From: Anaerolineae bacterium
Lineage (GTDB): Bacteria > Chloroflexota > Anaerolineae > B4-G1 > SLSP01
DNA: 64,000 bases
Direction of reading: 5' to 3'
Assembly: GCA_034435555.1 (NCBI GenBank)
Contig: DAOTXC010000006.1
Span: 1,435 to 65,434, forward strand
Both the position numbers and the translations under genes were made by a program. The notes under the pieces were generated by a model. It was given only the letters and a program-made list of their open reading frames with translations, searched no databases and had not been told where the DNA came from. This document shows positions 38,084 through 47,751 of this stretch, piece by piece; position 1 is the first letter of the stretch, and each line of letters opens with the position of its first letter.

Positions 38084-39676
38084 TTACAATCCCAGCGTGC
38101 GCTTACCAGCCCAATGCAACAGCGGAAAGTGTGCATCGTCCAGGCCCGGACTCCACTCCAAGAATTCGGGCGGATCCGTCAAAGCGGCCCCGGATGCGAT
38201 CCGGCAGAAGACCAGATGCGTCTCCCAACCCCACGGATCGCGCGAAGCCACCGAAATCCACGTCCCCGTATTGACAACATTGATGCGCTGCGCCACATCA
38301 CAATCCGCAGCAGCGACATCAGGTGTACACGTCTGCGTATCGGATACGCAGACGTAACGCTGCTTGGGGATATGGGTGTGGCCCAAGATCAAGGCGCGCA
38401 AAGGGACATCCAACTGGCGGAAGCAATGCGCCAAATGGCACGCGACCTCCGGCATGTAATCCAGGTGTTCGTCACCGTTGACAATCGAGGCCCAGATGCT
38501 GCTGCCGTTCAGCAGCACGAAGCTCAAGAACAGATACAACAACCCGCCTTCAACCGATCCCCAGACGACGAAGCTATACAGGCTCACCACGCCGGCGACG
38601 AATCCCAACAGGCTGAGTAGGCCAATCGAGAGCTGCTCCAGGATCAACTTGCCCCAGACCTCCCACGAAAAAGAGCTGCGCTCCTGCGCCACCCCCACGA
38701 TCTCAGCGATCAACGCCGCCGGTAAGCCATTGTAGGATTCGAGCGGCGTCGGGTTAGGGATGTCCACCTGATCGAGCTCCGCCTGCTTGCGTCGCAGCTC
38801 CCGCCAGGCCCAAAAGAGATCCGCAAATCGCCGCAAGAGCACCGCCAGGCCATATAGCGCGTTCTCCCGAAACATCCACACAATCGCCCGCGTGGTCGGG
38901 CGCACATTATCGGCGTAGGGATGGGTCTCTTCCAGCAGATTATAGACGTAACGCGACATCAACAGGCCACGCGGCAACTCCAACAACTGCGGCTTGTGGG
39001 GCAACACCGGATTTAGCATATTGCGGAAGGCATTGGTCGGCTCGTATTGACTGCCGTGCTCGATATACAGCCCGCGCTCGCGATCGTAGTAAAACCACGG
39101 CTCGAAAGCGAGCGCCACATCCAACTGCTCCCGCACCAGCTCGGGCAGAGCGGCGTGATGTTGCCGATAGGCCGCATACGCATCAGCGACCACATCGCGC
39201 AACGCCTGCTGCACCTCCGGCCAATGCAGTTCGGGATCGTGGTTACCTTTGATGAAGAGTACCCGGTTGCCCTGCGCCACAAACCATCCCAAAGCCGCGA
39301 AGAACTGGGGATGGCCCTGCGCCATCTGCTGCACCTTCCAAACGCTCTCCGCCGGCGAAGTTCCCAGACCATACTTCTGCCGGTGGCTGCTCAGCCACTT
39401 GTACTGGCTCACCCCCGTCACCCGCCGCAGTTCCTCCCCCTCGTTGGGCAGTGTCGTAACCTGGATGAAGTCGAAGGTGTCGCCGTTGAGGATCAACAAC
39501 CACGGCTTGTCCTGGTAACGTGGGGCCGGACGCAACGCCTGGTGGTGGCGCAAAAAAGCAAAGAACTGTGCATCGTAGAAGAAATCCTCCGAACGCGCAT
39601 AGCCTCCCTCCTCGGCCTTCCATCCCTCGCTCAGATGCAGGTCGCTCACGATCAGAAGATTTTCAGCAGGCTCCAT
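38084..39676 (-). CDS. membrane-associated calcineurin-like metallophosphoesterase
   Basis: AGGAGG RBS before ATG 39676 (MEPAENLLIVSDLHLSEG). GNHD and GHTH motifs with a hydrophobic hairpin between them. Confidence 0.6.
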   Translation of the reverse strand: MEPAENLLIVSDLHLSEGWKAEEGGYARSEDFFYDAQFFAFLRHHQALRPAPRYQDKPWLLILNGDTFDFIQVTTLPNEGEELRRVTGVSQYKWLSSHRQKYGLGTSPAESVWKVQQMAQGHPQFFAALGWFVAQGNRVLFIKGNHDPELHWPEVQQALRDVVADAYAAYRQHHAALPELVREQLDVALAFEPWFYYDRERGLYIEHGSQYEPTNAFRNMLNPVLPHKPQLLELPRGLLMSRYVYNLLEETHPYADNVRPTTRAIVWMFRENALYGLAVLLRRFADLFWAWRELRRKQAELDQVDIPNPTPLESYNGLPAALIAEIVGVAQERSSFSWEVWGKLILEQLSIGLLSLLGFVAGVVSLYSFVVWGSVEGGLLYLFLSFVLLNGSSIWASIVNGDEHLDYMPEVACHLAHCFRQLDVPLRALILGHTHIPKQRYVCVSDTQTCTPDVAAADCDVAQRINVVNTGTWISVASRDPWGWETHLVFCRIASGAALTDPPEFLEWSPGLDDAHFPLLHWAGKRTLGL

Positions 39677-39684
39677 CTCCCCTC

Positions 39685-40335
39685 CTAATGGCTGTCTTCC
39701 TCGCCGGTCAGCCCCAACAGGCGCGCGCGCACATAAGCCCGCAATTGCTGCTGCACCTCGTCCACAGCAGCGAGCGCATCCACAGTCACCCAGCGCCCAG
39801 GCTCCGCCGCCGCCAATGTCTGGTATCCGCACCGCACGCGACGGTGAAACGCCACGGCCTCCCGATCCAGCCGATTCATCTCCTCGCCGCCGATCACGCG
39901 CCGCCGCAGCCCCTCCTCCACCGGCAGATCGAGCAGAAAGGTGACATCCGGGCGCAGGCCGGTCGTGGCGAACTCCGTGATCTGCCGCAGCGCCTCGAGG
40001 GAGAGGCCGCGCCCGTAGCCCTGATAAGCGTAGGTGCTATCGTAATAGCGGTCGCACAGGACGATCTTTCCCGCCACCAGCGCCGGGCGGATCACCTCCG
40101 CCACCAATTGCGCCCGCGAGGCCGAATAGAGCAAAATCTCCGCCGTCGCCGCCATCTCCGCATGTTGCGGATCGTGGACGAGCGCGCGCACCCGCTCCCC
40201 GATGGCCGTGCCGCCCGGTTCGCGCGTGACCAGCACGTCCCATCCCAACGACTTCAGCCAAGCCGCCAACAACGGGATCTGCGTGCTCTTCCCGCTGCCC
40301 TCCGGCCCCTCCAGAGTGATAAACAAGCCCGGCAT
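39685..40335 (-). CDS. tmk: thymidylate kinase
   Basis: LEGPEGSGKST P-loop. 216 aa. Confidence 0.85.
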   Translation of the reverse strand: MPGLFITLEGPEGSGKSTQIPLLAAWLKSLGWDVLVTREPGGTAIGERVRALVHDPQHAEMAATAEILLYSASRAQLVAEVIRPALVAGKIVLCDRYYDSTYAYQGYGRGLSLEALRQITEFATTGLRPDVTFLLDLPVEEGLRRRVIGGEEMNRLDREAVAFHRRVRCGYQTLAAAEPGRWVTVDALAAVDEVQQQLRAYVRARLLGLTGEEDSH

Positions 40336-40340
40336 GACGA

Positions 40341-41879
40341 CTACTTCCGGTAGATCCGCACCCGTCGCTGAGGCTCCTCACCGAAGGACTGCGACCGCAG
40401 ATCCATCGCCCGCGCCATCTCGTGCTGCCGCCGCCGCACGTAGGAGGCTTGCGGCTCCAACTCCACCACATCCGCCCCGCTCAACACGCGCAACACCGCC
40501 TGCTCCGTCTCCTGCATCGCCCGGGCAAAGGCATCCGACTCCTGCGCGTCCAGGCGGAAGAGATCCACCAGGAACGATTCCATCTGCGCGGTCGTATTCG
40601 CCCGGATGACGTAGACCGGCGTGCGCCGCCGCTCCGCATCCGTCACGATGCGCGGGCGCTTGCGGAACTGTTGCTTCGAAGTCAACACTACTTCCGCATC
40701 GCCCAGCTGATCCACGACGTTGATGGGCACGCGCAGTTTTTTAGCCGACGAGATCAAGCGATTGCGCGCCACACCAAAGGGGAAGATCGCCACCTCGCGC
40801 AAGGGGCGTGAAGGACGGGCATCGCTGCCCTGCCGGAAGCCCGGTTGCGCTGCCTGTTCCAACATCGGTGCGGGGGCCGGCAGGCCATTCTCCTTTTGGA
40901 TGTTGCCCTGCTCATCGCGATAACGCAACTCTGCCCGTGGCGGACTCCCTCGCAAGAGCAAATCCACCGCCTCCGCTACGTTGGGATGAATCAGCAATCG
41001 CTGCCGATCCTGGAGCTCCACGAGGATGTCGAAGGTGGGCGGCGCGCGGCGTTCCAGCACCGTCTTCTGCGTGCCGCGCCGCCGGGCCTCCTCGTCCGAA
41101 AGCGTCACGCTTTCGATCCCCCCGACCAGGTCGGAGAGCGTCGGGTTGAGCAGCAGGTTATCGAGCGTGTTACCGTGCGCGGTGGCGATCAGCTGGACGC
41201 CGCGCTCGGCAATCGTGCGCGCAGCTTCAGCCTCCAACGCCCGCCCAATCTCGTCAATGACGATGACTTCGGGGTTGTGGTTCTCCACCGCTTCGATCAT
41301 CACCTCATGTTGCAGGTTGGGCATCGCCACCTGCATCCGCCGCGCGCGTCCCACTGCCGGGTGCGGGATGTCCCCATCGCCACCAATCTCGTTGGAGGTA
41401 TCCACGATGATCACGCGCTTCTGCTGCGCCAACACCCGCGCCGCCTCGCGCAACATCGTCGTCTTGCCCACGCCGGGCCGCCCCAGCAGGAGGACGCTCT
41501 GCCCCGACTCGATCAAGTCCTGCACGATCTCAATCGTGCCGTAGACCGCGCGCCCCACCCGGCAGGTCAGCCCCACCACGTCGCCTTGACGGTTACGGAT
41601 CGCCGCGATGCGATGCAACGTCCGCGCCAGCCCGGCCCGGTTGTCCGCATCGAAGTCCCCCAGCCGCGTCACCACATCCTCGATCTCTTCGCGGGTTACT
41701 TCGGCGCCGCGCAACACCTGCTCGGTATCAACGTAACGCGCCGTGGGCACGCGCCCCAAATCCAGGATCACCTCCAACAGGTCATCCTTACGTCCCAGCT
41801 CGTACAACGTAGCGCGCAGATCCTCTGGGAGGACATCGAGCAACGCTGTCAAGTCATCTACAATATAATTTTCTCTCAT
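40341..41879 (-). CDS. R3H-domain AAA ATPase (Ycf45-like)
   Basis: GRPGVGKTT Walker A, VIVIDEIG Walker B, and a C-terminal nucleic-acid-binding-like region. 512 aa. Confidence 0.55.
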   Translation of the reverse strand: MRENYIVDDLTALLDVLPEDLRATLYELGRKDDLLEVILDLGRVPTARYVDTEQVLRGAEVTREEIEDVVTRLGDFDADNRAGLARTLHRIAAIRNRQGDVVGLTCRVGRAVYGTIEIVQDLIESGQSVLLLGRPGVGKTTMLREAARVLAQQKRVIIVDTSNEIGGDGDIPHPAVGRARRMQVAMPNLQHEVMIEAVENHNPEVIVIDEIGRALEAEAARTIAERGVQLIATAHGNTLDNLLLNPTLSDLVGGIESVTLSDEEARRRGTQKTVLERRAPPTFDILVELQDRQRLLIHPNVAEAVDLLLRGSPPRAELRYRDEQGNIQKENGLPAPAPMLEQAAQPGFRQGSDARPSRPLREVAIFPFGVARNRLISSAKKLRVPINVVDQLGDAEVVLTSKQQFRKRPRIVTDAERRRTPVYVIRANTTAQMESFLVDLFRLDAQESDAFARAMQETEQAVLRVLSGADVVELEPQASYVRRRQHEMARAMDLRSQSFGEEPQRRVRIYRK

Positions 41880-42128
41880 AGGCTCCCAATCATTAGCTAA
41901 AAGTCGAGATTACACTCGCGTCCCAATTTTACCATGATCGTCGAAAGTGACAAAGCAAAAGTAAGATGGGCTAACTATACGCCGCTCCTTCGAAAATAGC
42001 AGGCGTAAGACAGGTTGGCAACCTGTCTTACATTTTTGTGCTGGATGGTGTGCGCCAGCACCGCTGTCTCCCTTGACGAATGGCCGCTCTGTGCTACAAC
42101 ACTCGCATCAATCCGCGGAGGTATAGAG

Positions 42129-42509
42129 ATGAGAAAAGTCATTGCCACCCCCAACGCGCCCCAGGCTGTCGGGCCTTATTCCCAGGGCATCCAGGCCGGG
42201 ACGTTGATCTTCACTGCCGGGCAGCTGGGCATTGATCCCGCTACCGGCCAATTCGCCGGCGACGTCGCCGCGCAGACCCACCAGGCGCTTCACAACCTGC
42301 GGGCCGTGCTCCAGGCCACCGGCAGCGACCTCGAGCACATCGTCAAGACCACCATCTTTGTCGCCGACATGGGCGACTTCAAGACGGTCAACGCCGTGTA
42401 TGGGGAATACTTCCCCGCCGCCCCACCCGCCCGCTCCACCGTTGAGGTGGCGGCCCTGCCATTGGGCGGATTGGTCGAAATCGAAGCAATTGCTCTCCTG
42501 CCGGAGTAA
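42129..42509 (+). CDS. ridA: RidA/YjgF family reactive-intermediate deaminase
   Basis: GGAGG RBS. GPYSQG…TTIFV signature. 126 aa. Confidence 0.85.
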   Translation: MRKVIATPNAPQAVGPYSQGIQAGTLIFTAGQLGIDPATGQFAGDVAAQTHQALHNLRAVLQATGSDLEHIVKTTIFVADMGDFKTVNAVYGEYFPAAPPARSTVEVAALPLGGLVEIEAIALLPE

Positions 42510-42513
42510 GGCG

Positions 42514-43809
42514 TTAGGTGATCGCTGGCTGCGGGGCAAGCCTTCCCAGGAAGTACCACGCCAGCAGGTTGACCACCACCGCTGCCGCGAACAACGCCGA
42601 GAGGCCCAGCCAATCCACCAGCCCACCCGCCAGCCCGCTGGATAAGAGCGCCAGCCCCAAGACGGTGTTGGCAAAGCCCAGATAGAGCGGGCGGTCATCC
42701 TCCGGTGCGAGGTCGAGCAGAAGATTCTGTCCCGCGACCCAATCCGCCGGCGAGAAGAGCGCCACCAGCACAAAGAGCGGGTAGGCCAGCCAATAGCCGG
42801 GGAAGGCAAACCGGGTGAGCAGTCCCGCGCGCGCCAGCGCGAGGATACCCAAGCTGAAGAGCGCCGTCGCTACCCAGCCCAACGTCGCCAACCGCAGCAC
42901 CCAACGCCGCCCCTTGTGATCCGCCAGCCAGCCCAGCGGGTAGTTCGAGAGCAACTTGCCGAAGGTCAGCACCGCGAGGAAATTGCCCACCGCGGACTCC
43001 GGCGCTGCCAGCACCCGCTGCGTCAGCAGTGTGTAAAAGGGGAGGACGCTCGTCCCCAAGGCGGCGCAGCTCCGGCCCAGTAGCAGGTAGCGATAGTCGG
43101 TGTCATTGCGGAAGGCCATCACTCCGCGCCGCAGCTGTTCCCGCAGCGGCGCGCCAGCCCGCCGCGTCCCCTCCGGCTCGCGCGTGAAGCAGAACGCGGC
43201 CATCGCCACTCCACCCGCCACCGCACCGATGAGGATCAACAGTGCGTAGTTGCGCGGATAGGGCAATTCGCTCAGCAAGACCCTCTCGACGATCCGCGTT
43301 CCCAACAGCCCCAGCAACCCTCCAAAGAGCAGCCGCATCCCAAAGAGCTGCCCGCGCGCCCGCATCGGAATCGTCTTGACCGTCACCTCCATGAAGGGGA
43401 TGCCCGCCGCACCCGCCGCCACCCGCGAGGCCAAAAAGAGCAGGTAGAAGAGCACCAACAGGGCCGCCGGCGCACTGATCCACCACAGCGCCGCCGCCAG
43501 CGCCAGCCAGGTGAAAAAGCGCGCCACCGAGATCACCTGGTAGAGAGGCATCTTGCGTGTGCTCTGCTGCACCTTCCCCGAAAGAAAGAGCTGGGGAAAA
43601 AACCACCCCCCGCTGGAGATCGGCAGGATCAGACCCAATAGCAGATTGGACGTGGTAAGCCGGCTCACGAACCAGACCAACACCAGGGTCGGGTCCATCA
43701 ACGTCTCAGCGAAGGAGAAGAACATCCCATTGACGACGTTCAGCACGAAGGCCCGCCGGCTCTCCTGACGCGAGATGTGCAATCCATTCAGTTGTTGCAT
43801 AGCCACCAC
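42514..43809 (-). CDS. MFS transporter
   Basis: 431 aa with 12 predicted TM segments. Confidence 0.6.
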   Translation of the reverse strand: MVAMQQLNGLHISRQESRRAFVLNVVNGMFFSFAETLMDPTLVLVWFVSRLTTSNLLLGLILPISSGGWFFPQLFLSGKVQQSTRKMPLYQVISVARFFTWLALAAALWWISAPAALLVLFYLLFLASRVAAGAAGIPFMEVTVKTIPMRARGQLFGMRLLFGGLLGLLGTRIVERVLLSELPYPRNYALLILIGAVAGGVAMAAFCFTREPEGTRRAGAPLREQLRRGVMAFRNDTDYRYLLLGRSCAALGTSVLPFYTLLTQRVLAAPESAVGNFLAVLTFGKLLSNYPLGWLADHKGRRWVLRLATLGWVATALFSLGILALARAGLLTRFAFPGYWLAYPLFVLVALFSPADWVAGQNLLLDLAPEDDRPLYLGFANTVLGLALLSSGLAGGLVDWLGLSALFAAAVVVNLLAWYFLGRLAPQPAIT

Positions 43810-43932
43810 CTGACCAGCGGATGATAACGCGCTAACTATACCCCAATCTTACCGTTTGCAAACCGGGGCGACAGTTACAAAAAAGTCCGCCCGTGAGGGT
43901 CACGGGCGGACTGCACTTTGACTCAACTCAGG

Positions 43933-46900
43933 TTAACGGCTTCCCAGGACGTTGTGCAATGCTTCACACGCCGGGCAGCCCCCGCCGGGTCGGATAATCG
44001 CGTAGCCGTCCTGCGGGTCGTACTCATAGCGCACGAAGTCAATGTTCCACACGATGATGCACCGCACCATGCCGGTGTTCGCCCCCAGGCTTGCAGCCTC
44101 GGCCAGCCAGGCCGCCTGCTGCGCGTTGTTGATACCCCGCGCCCAGGCGAAAGCATCGGAGAAGGTCGGGACGCCCTCCTGGGAGGCATAGCCCATCTCG
44201 GTATAGAAGACCTGCCGCTGCCCACGGAAGATGTTGTAGTAGAGCTCCGTCTGCGGCAGGAAGTACCAGGAGTGGTGCGTGCTGCCGGTTGGGTGGCCGC
44301 TGCGCGCCGAAGGCGCGGTCGCGCCCGCGTTATGGTGCGCGCCGATGTAGTCCATACAGTTGGCCGCGCCCGCGTTGTACAGGCCCTCCATCCACGGCTG
44401 ATCGTCACACCCGTTGGGGCCACAGCCGCCGAAGTAACCGGTCGGCGCCGGGGCCGCGCTGATGACCGCGCTACCCGGGTTCGCCGCCTTGATAGCTCGA
44501 TAGGAAGCGCACAGGAGATTGGTGTAGGCTTGCGGGCTGATGTGCCCGATTTGCCACTCGCGATCAATGTTCGGCTCGTTCCATACCTCGATGGCGTCAG
44601 CGCCGGCGGCGGCCAAGCTCGCCACCCAGTTAGCATAATCCTGCTCGAAGCCGGGCTGCGTCACCATACCGGGGCCACCGATAGCGCTCACCTGAATCTT
44701 GAAGCCGCGCGCGTGCGCCGCGTTGATGAGCCAGGAGGGATCGTCACCGTAGTGGACCTGCACTTTGGCCCAGTTCATCCCAGAGTAGTGCATCAGCTCG
44801 GCGTAGGGGAAGGCGTAATCGCGGATGTGGCCGCCCAGCTCGAAGCTGCCGCCAGCGACCGGTGTGACCGGCCCCGGGGCGGGCGCAGGCGCAGCCTGCT
44901 CCTCGCCTGCAGCGATGACTACCGTGACGCCGCCGCCGCTGATTTGCGTATTCCCCACCGCCAAGGCCCAGACACCTGTGAAGTTACCGTCCCTGTCGGG
45001 CGCGGTCATCTCCACGCTGATGTCCACCTCAGCGCCGACCGCCACAGACCCCACCTCGACCGAATTCGCCGAGGTCATCTGCTCACCGCGCACGTAGACC
45101 AAAACGGTATTCTCCGGCCAATCCTCCGAACCGGAGTTGCGCAAGCGCCAGGTCTTGGTGAAGGATTCCCCCTTCTCGAAGCGCGTGTTGTCGGGGACGG
45201 TCACATCGGTCACGAAGGCCGCCGCCAACCCCGCCGTCGTCGCGGGCGTGTCGTCCTCAGGCTCCTCAGGTTCATCGTCCTCAAGCTCAGTTTCGCCCGT
45301 TGCCACCGCCTGCGAATCGGCCACGATCAAGGAGACATCACCGCGCTCCTGACCATCCACACTCACCGCGATGCGGTAGGTGCCGGTGATCTCCGGCGCG
45401 GTCCAGGTGAAGCTGGGCTGATCGAAGGTCGCCGTTGTCCGTATCTGCTGTCCGGCCGGGTCGGAGACCTGCCAAACGATTTCGGGCAGCGTGTAAGTCG
45501 TGGTGGGCGCTTGCGCCTGATACACATCCAGCACCTCCAGAATCCCCGGCACGTTGCCCGCATCCAGGATGTCATTGACGACCACTGCGCCCAGGTGATA
45601 GCGCGCCGCGAGATCGAGGCGGGTGCGCAAGAACTGCGGCGTCCCCAGCCAGATCTGCCGACCCACCGCCAACACCTTGGCCGCGCCGGTGGTCGCATCC
45701 ACCTCGGTGGAGACCACCGGGGAGAGCTGGAAGTTCAATGCCGTGCCAGGCTCCACCGACTCGCCATTCAATTGCGGGGCCTGCAAATCGCCGATGGGCA
45801 GCGCCTCGGTCATCGGCAGCGTGGTCTCCCCATCCGTGCTCAGGGTCGTGTAGACAGGGGCCAGGGAATAGCGGCTGACCTGCGTGGTTCCCCAGGCCAA
45901 GAGCTGCTCGGCCTCGCCGCCGGGCGTGTAAGCCTCCGGCGAGAGGGGCATCAGCACCCGCACCTGATCGGCAGCGACGCCCAACCCGCGCCAGGCATAG
46001 CCGCCCGTGTCCCAGGAGCCATCAGCGTTGCGCACCGGCGTCTCGACGGTTACAGCCAGCCAGACCCCATACTCGTGCAGGGAGTCGGCCAGCGCCCCAA
46101 CGAGCGCCAGATAGGTCTCGCGCTCCGTGCGCTCCAGCCCCCGGTAGTCGAGCACGACGCCAGCATAGCCACCATTGCGCACCAGCGCCGTCACATTCTC
46201 GACGTGCGCCACGCGGTCCGCCTCGATGTTGAGCATATCGCGCACCAGGCCCACATTGGCAGCGTGCCCAGGAACCCAGTTACGCACGACCACGGCCAGC
46301 GGCGCGCCGCCCGCCCCCCCATTGGGGAGCGCCGTTGGATCGCCCACCAGCGATCCCAACGTGCCCAACATCATCCCGGTGATATTGAACTCGGTCAGCG
46401 CCCCGGTCGGCCCGGTGGGCAACCGTTCCGCCACATTGGTCGCCAACGCCTGCACAACCGGCTGGGTTTGCACCACCATCACGGCGCTCGGCAAGCGCGT
46501 CGTCTCAGCAACCAGGACTTCTGGCTCATTCGCGCGGTCAATGCGCGCGGGCATCCAGTACCAGGCGGCCCCATCCCAACCGTAGAGATCCAACGTCTCC
46601 CACGGCTCTGCCTCGTTGGGGACAATCACCTCAAGAACGATGGGGCTATCGCCCTCACCGCGCCATTCGAGGGTGTAGTAGGGGCTTTTGGGGACAAGCG
46701 AGCTGGGCAGCGATTCACGCGCCGCCGCTACCGCTTCATTCTGGGTATTGAGAAAGTCGGCGCGCGGCACCGATCCCAACCGCAACCGCACATCGCTGGC
46801 TGCTTCGAGATTGACGGCAACGCCATTTTGACGCAGCGTGTTCGCTACCTCCTCCGACATCATCTTCACGGTCAAGCCGTCGGGATGGGTGAGCGAGGGA

Positions 46901-47283
46901 TTGCGAGCGTTGAGCGTCTCATAACCGCTGCCATCGGCGATGTGCGCCCAAAGGGAAATCGGGGGAATGGAGATGAAGAGCAGGAAGATCAACACCAGGC
47001 CAACCACGACCAACCAGCCGCGCCCTTGTAGCGCGTTGCGCAACTGCGTGACGCTGCCGCCAAGACGCGCCAACGGCGTCGGCTTGGAAGACTCCATCGC
47101 TTCCAGGCTGACCAAAGCGGGGCCACCCGCACTTGAAGCAGGCTCCGCCACACTCTCAGCAGCCGATGCGGACTCCGTTGGGAGAGCTGCTGCTACTACC
47201 GGGGCCTCTGTCGCCGTCGCTTCGCTCGCGCCAGCGCCCACATCCGTTTCAACGATCTCATTTGGCTGAATATTTTCAGTCAT
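43933..47283 (-). CDS. membrane-anchored multidomain glycoside hydrolase (GH18-like + NBR1-like Ig domain + clan GH-A/GH5-like C-terminal domain)
   Basis: GGAGG RBS before ATG 47283. Single N-terminal TM. NBR1/FW-like segment (FEKGESFTKTWRLRNSGSEDWPENTVL). C-terminal AIEVWNEPN catalytic-acid motif of clan GH-A. Confidence 0.55.
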   Translation of the reverse strand: MTENIQPNEIVETDVGAGASEATATEAPVVAAALPTESASAAESVAEPASSAGGPALVSLEAMESSKPTPLARLGGSVTQLRNALQGRGWLVVVGLVLIFLLFISIPPISLWAHIADGSGYETLNARNPSLTHPDGLTVKMMSEEVANTLRQNGVAVNLEAASDVRLRLGSVPRADFLNTQNEAVAAARESLPSSLVPKSPYYTLEWRGEGDSPIVLEVIVPNEAEPWETLDLYGWDGAAWYWMPARIDRANEPEVLVAETTRLPSAVMVVQTQPVVQALATNVAERLPTGPTGALTEFNITGMMLGTLGSLVGDPTALPNGGAGGAPLAVVVRNWVPGHAANVGLVRDMLNIEADRVAHVENVTALVRNGGYAGVVLDYRGLERTERETYLALVGALADSLHEYGVWLAVTVETPVRNADGSWDTGGYAWRGLGVAADQVRVLMPLSPEAYTPGGEAEQLLAWGTTQVSRYSLAPVYTTLSTDGETTLPMTEALPIGDLQAPQLNGESVEPGTALNFQLSPVVSTEVDATTGAAKVLAVGRQIWLGTPQFLRTRLDLAARYHLGAVVVNDILDAGNVPGILEVLDVYQAQAPTTTYTLPEIVWQVSDPAGQQIRTTATFDQPSFTWTAPEITGTYRIAVSVDGQERGDVSLIVADSQAVATGETELEDDEPEEPEDDTPATTAGLAAAFVTDVTVPDNTRFEKGESFTKTWRLRNSGSEDWPENTVLVYVRGEQMTSANSVEVGSVAVGAEVDISVEMTAPDRDGNFTGVWALAVGNTQISGGGVTVVIAAGEEQAAPAPAPGPVTPVAGGSFELGGHIRDYAFPYAELMHYSGMNWAKVQVHYGDDPSWLINAAHARGFKIQVSAIGGPGMVTQPGFEQDYANWVASLAAAGADAIEVWNEPNIDREWQIGHISPQAYTNLLCASYRAIKAANPGSAVISAAPAPTGYFGGCGPNGCDDQPWMEGLYNAGAANCMDYIGAHHNAGATAPSARSGHPTGSTHHSWYFLPQTELYYNIFRGQRQVFYTEMGYASQEGVPTFSDAFAWARGINNAQQAAWLAEAASLGANTGMVRCIIVWNIDFVRYEYDPQDGYAIIRPGGGCPACEALHNVLGSR

Positions 47284-47751
47284 GTACTTATCCTCCATAA
47301 CCTTAACTTAGCCTATGCTAAGAAAAACCGCCGACATTGTATCACATGGCCCCAGAATGGCAAGGGTAAATCCAAATTTCAAAAAATAGTATTTAAAGAT
47401 ATAAAACATGCGAACGCGAGAAGCGGGGGATGAACGGGGGCGGAAAAAGAGGGGGGATACGTAACGGGTGATGAGGCGATTTATTAACGCCACCCATTTT
47501 CCCATCACCCTTTACCCTCTCCCAGAAAAGCCCATCGCCCCCGGCACGCAAGCTAGAATATGCTATAATAGAAGGTGGTTTCTTTGCTACACGAGGAAAT
47601 TCATCTCCCTTATCGAAGTGGGCCAACCGCACTTCCCAAGTGATCGCCCGACGCGCCCCTAGGGGCTTGATGTATTTCCCCGTTGGAACGACCGCCTGAG
47701 GGCATCAAACAGGCGCATCTCATCACGCCAAGAGCGAAAGGAGTAAGAAAA

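Noticed and set aside
43918-47031. 1037-aa plus-strand ORF opposite the multidomain glycoside hydrolase
   Set aside because: Low-complexity R/G/A-rich translation with no RBS. It is the mirror frame of a convincing minus-strand gene.
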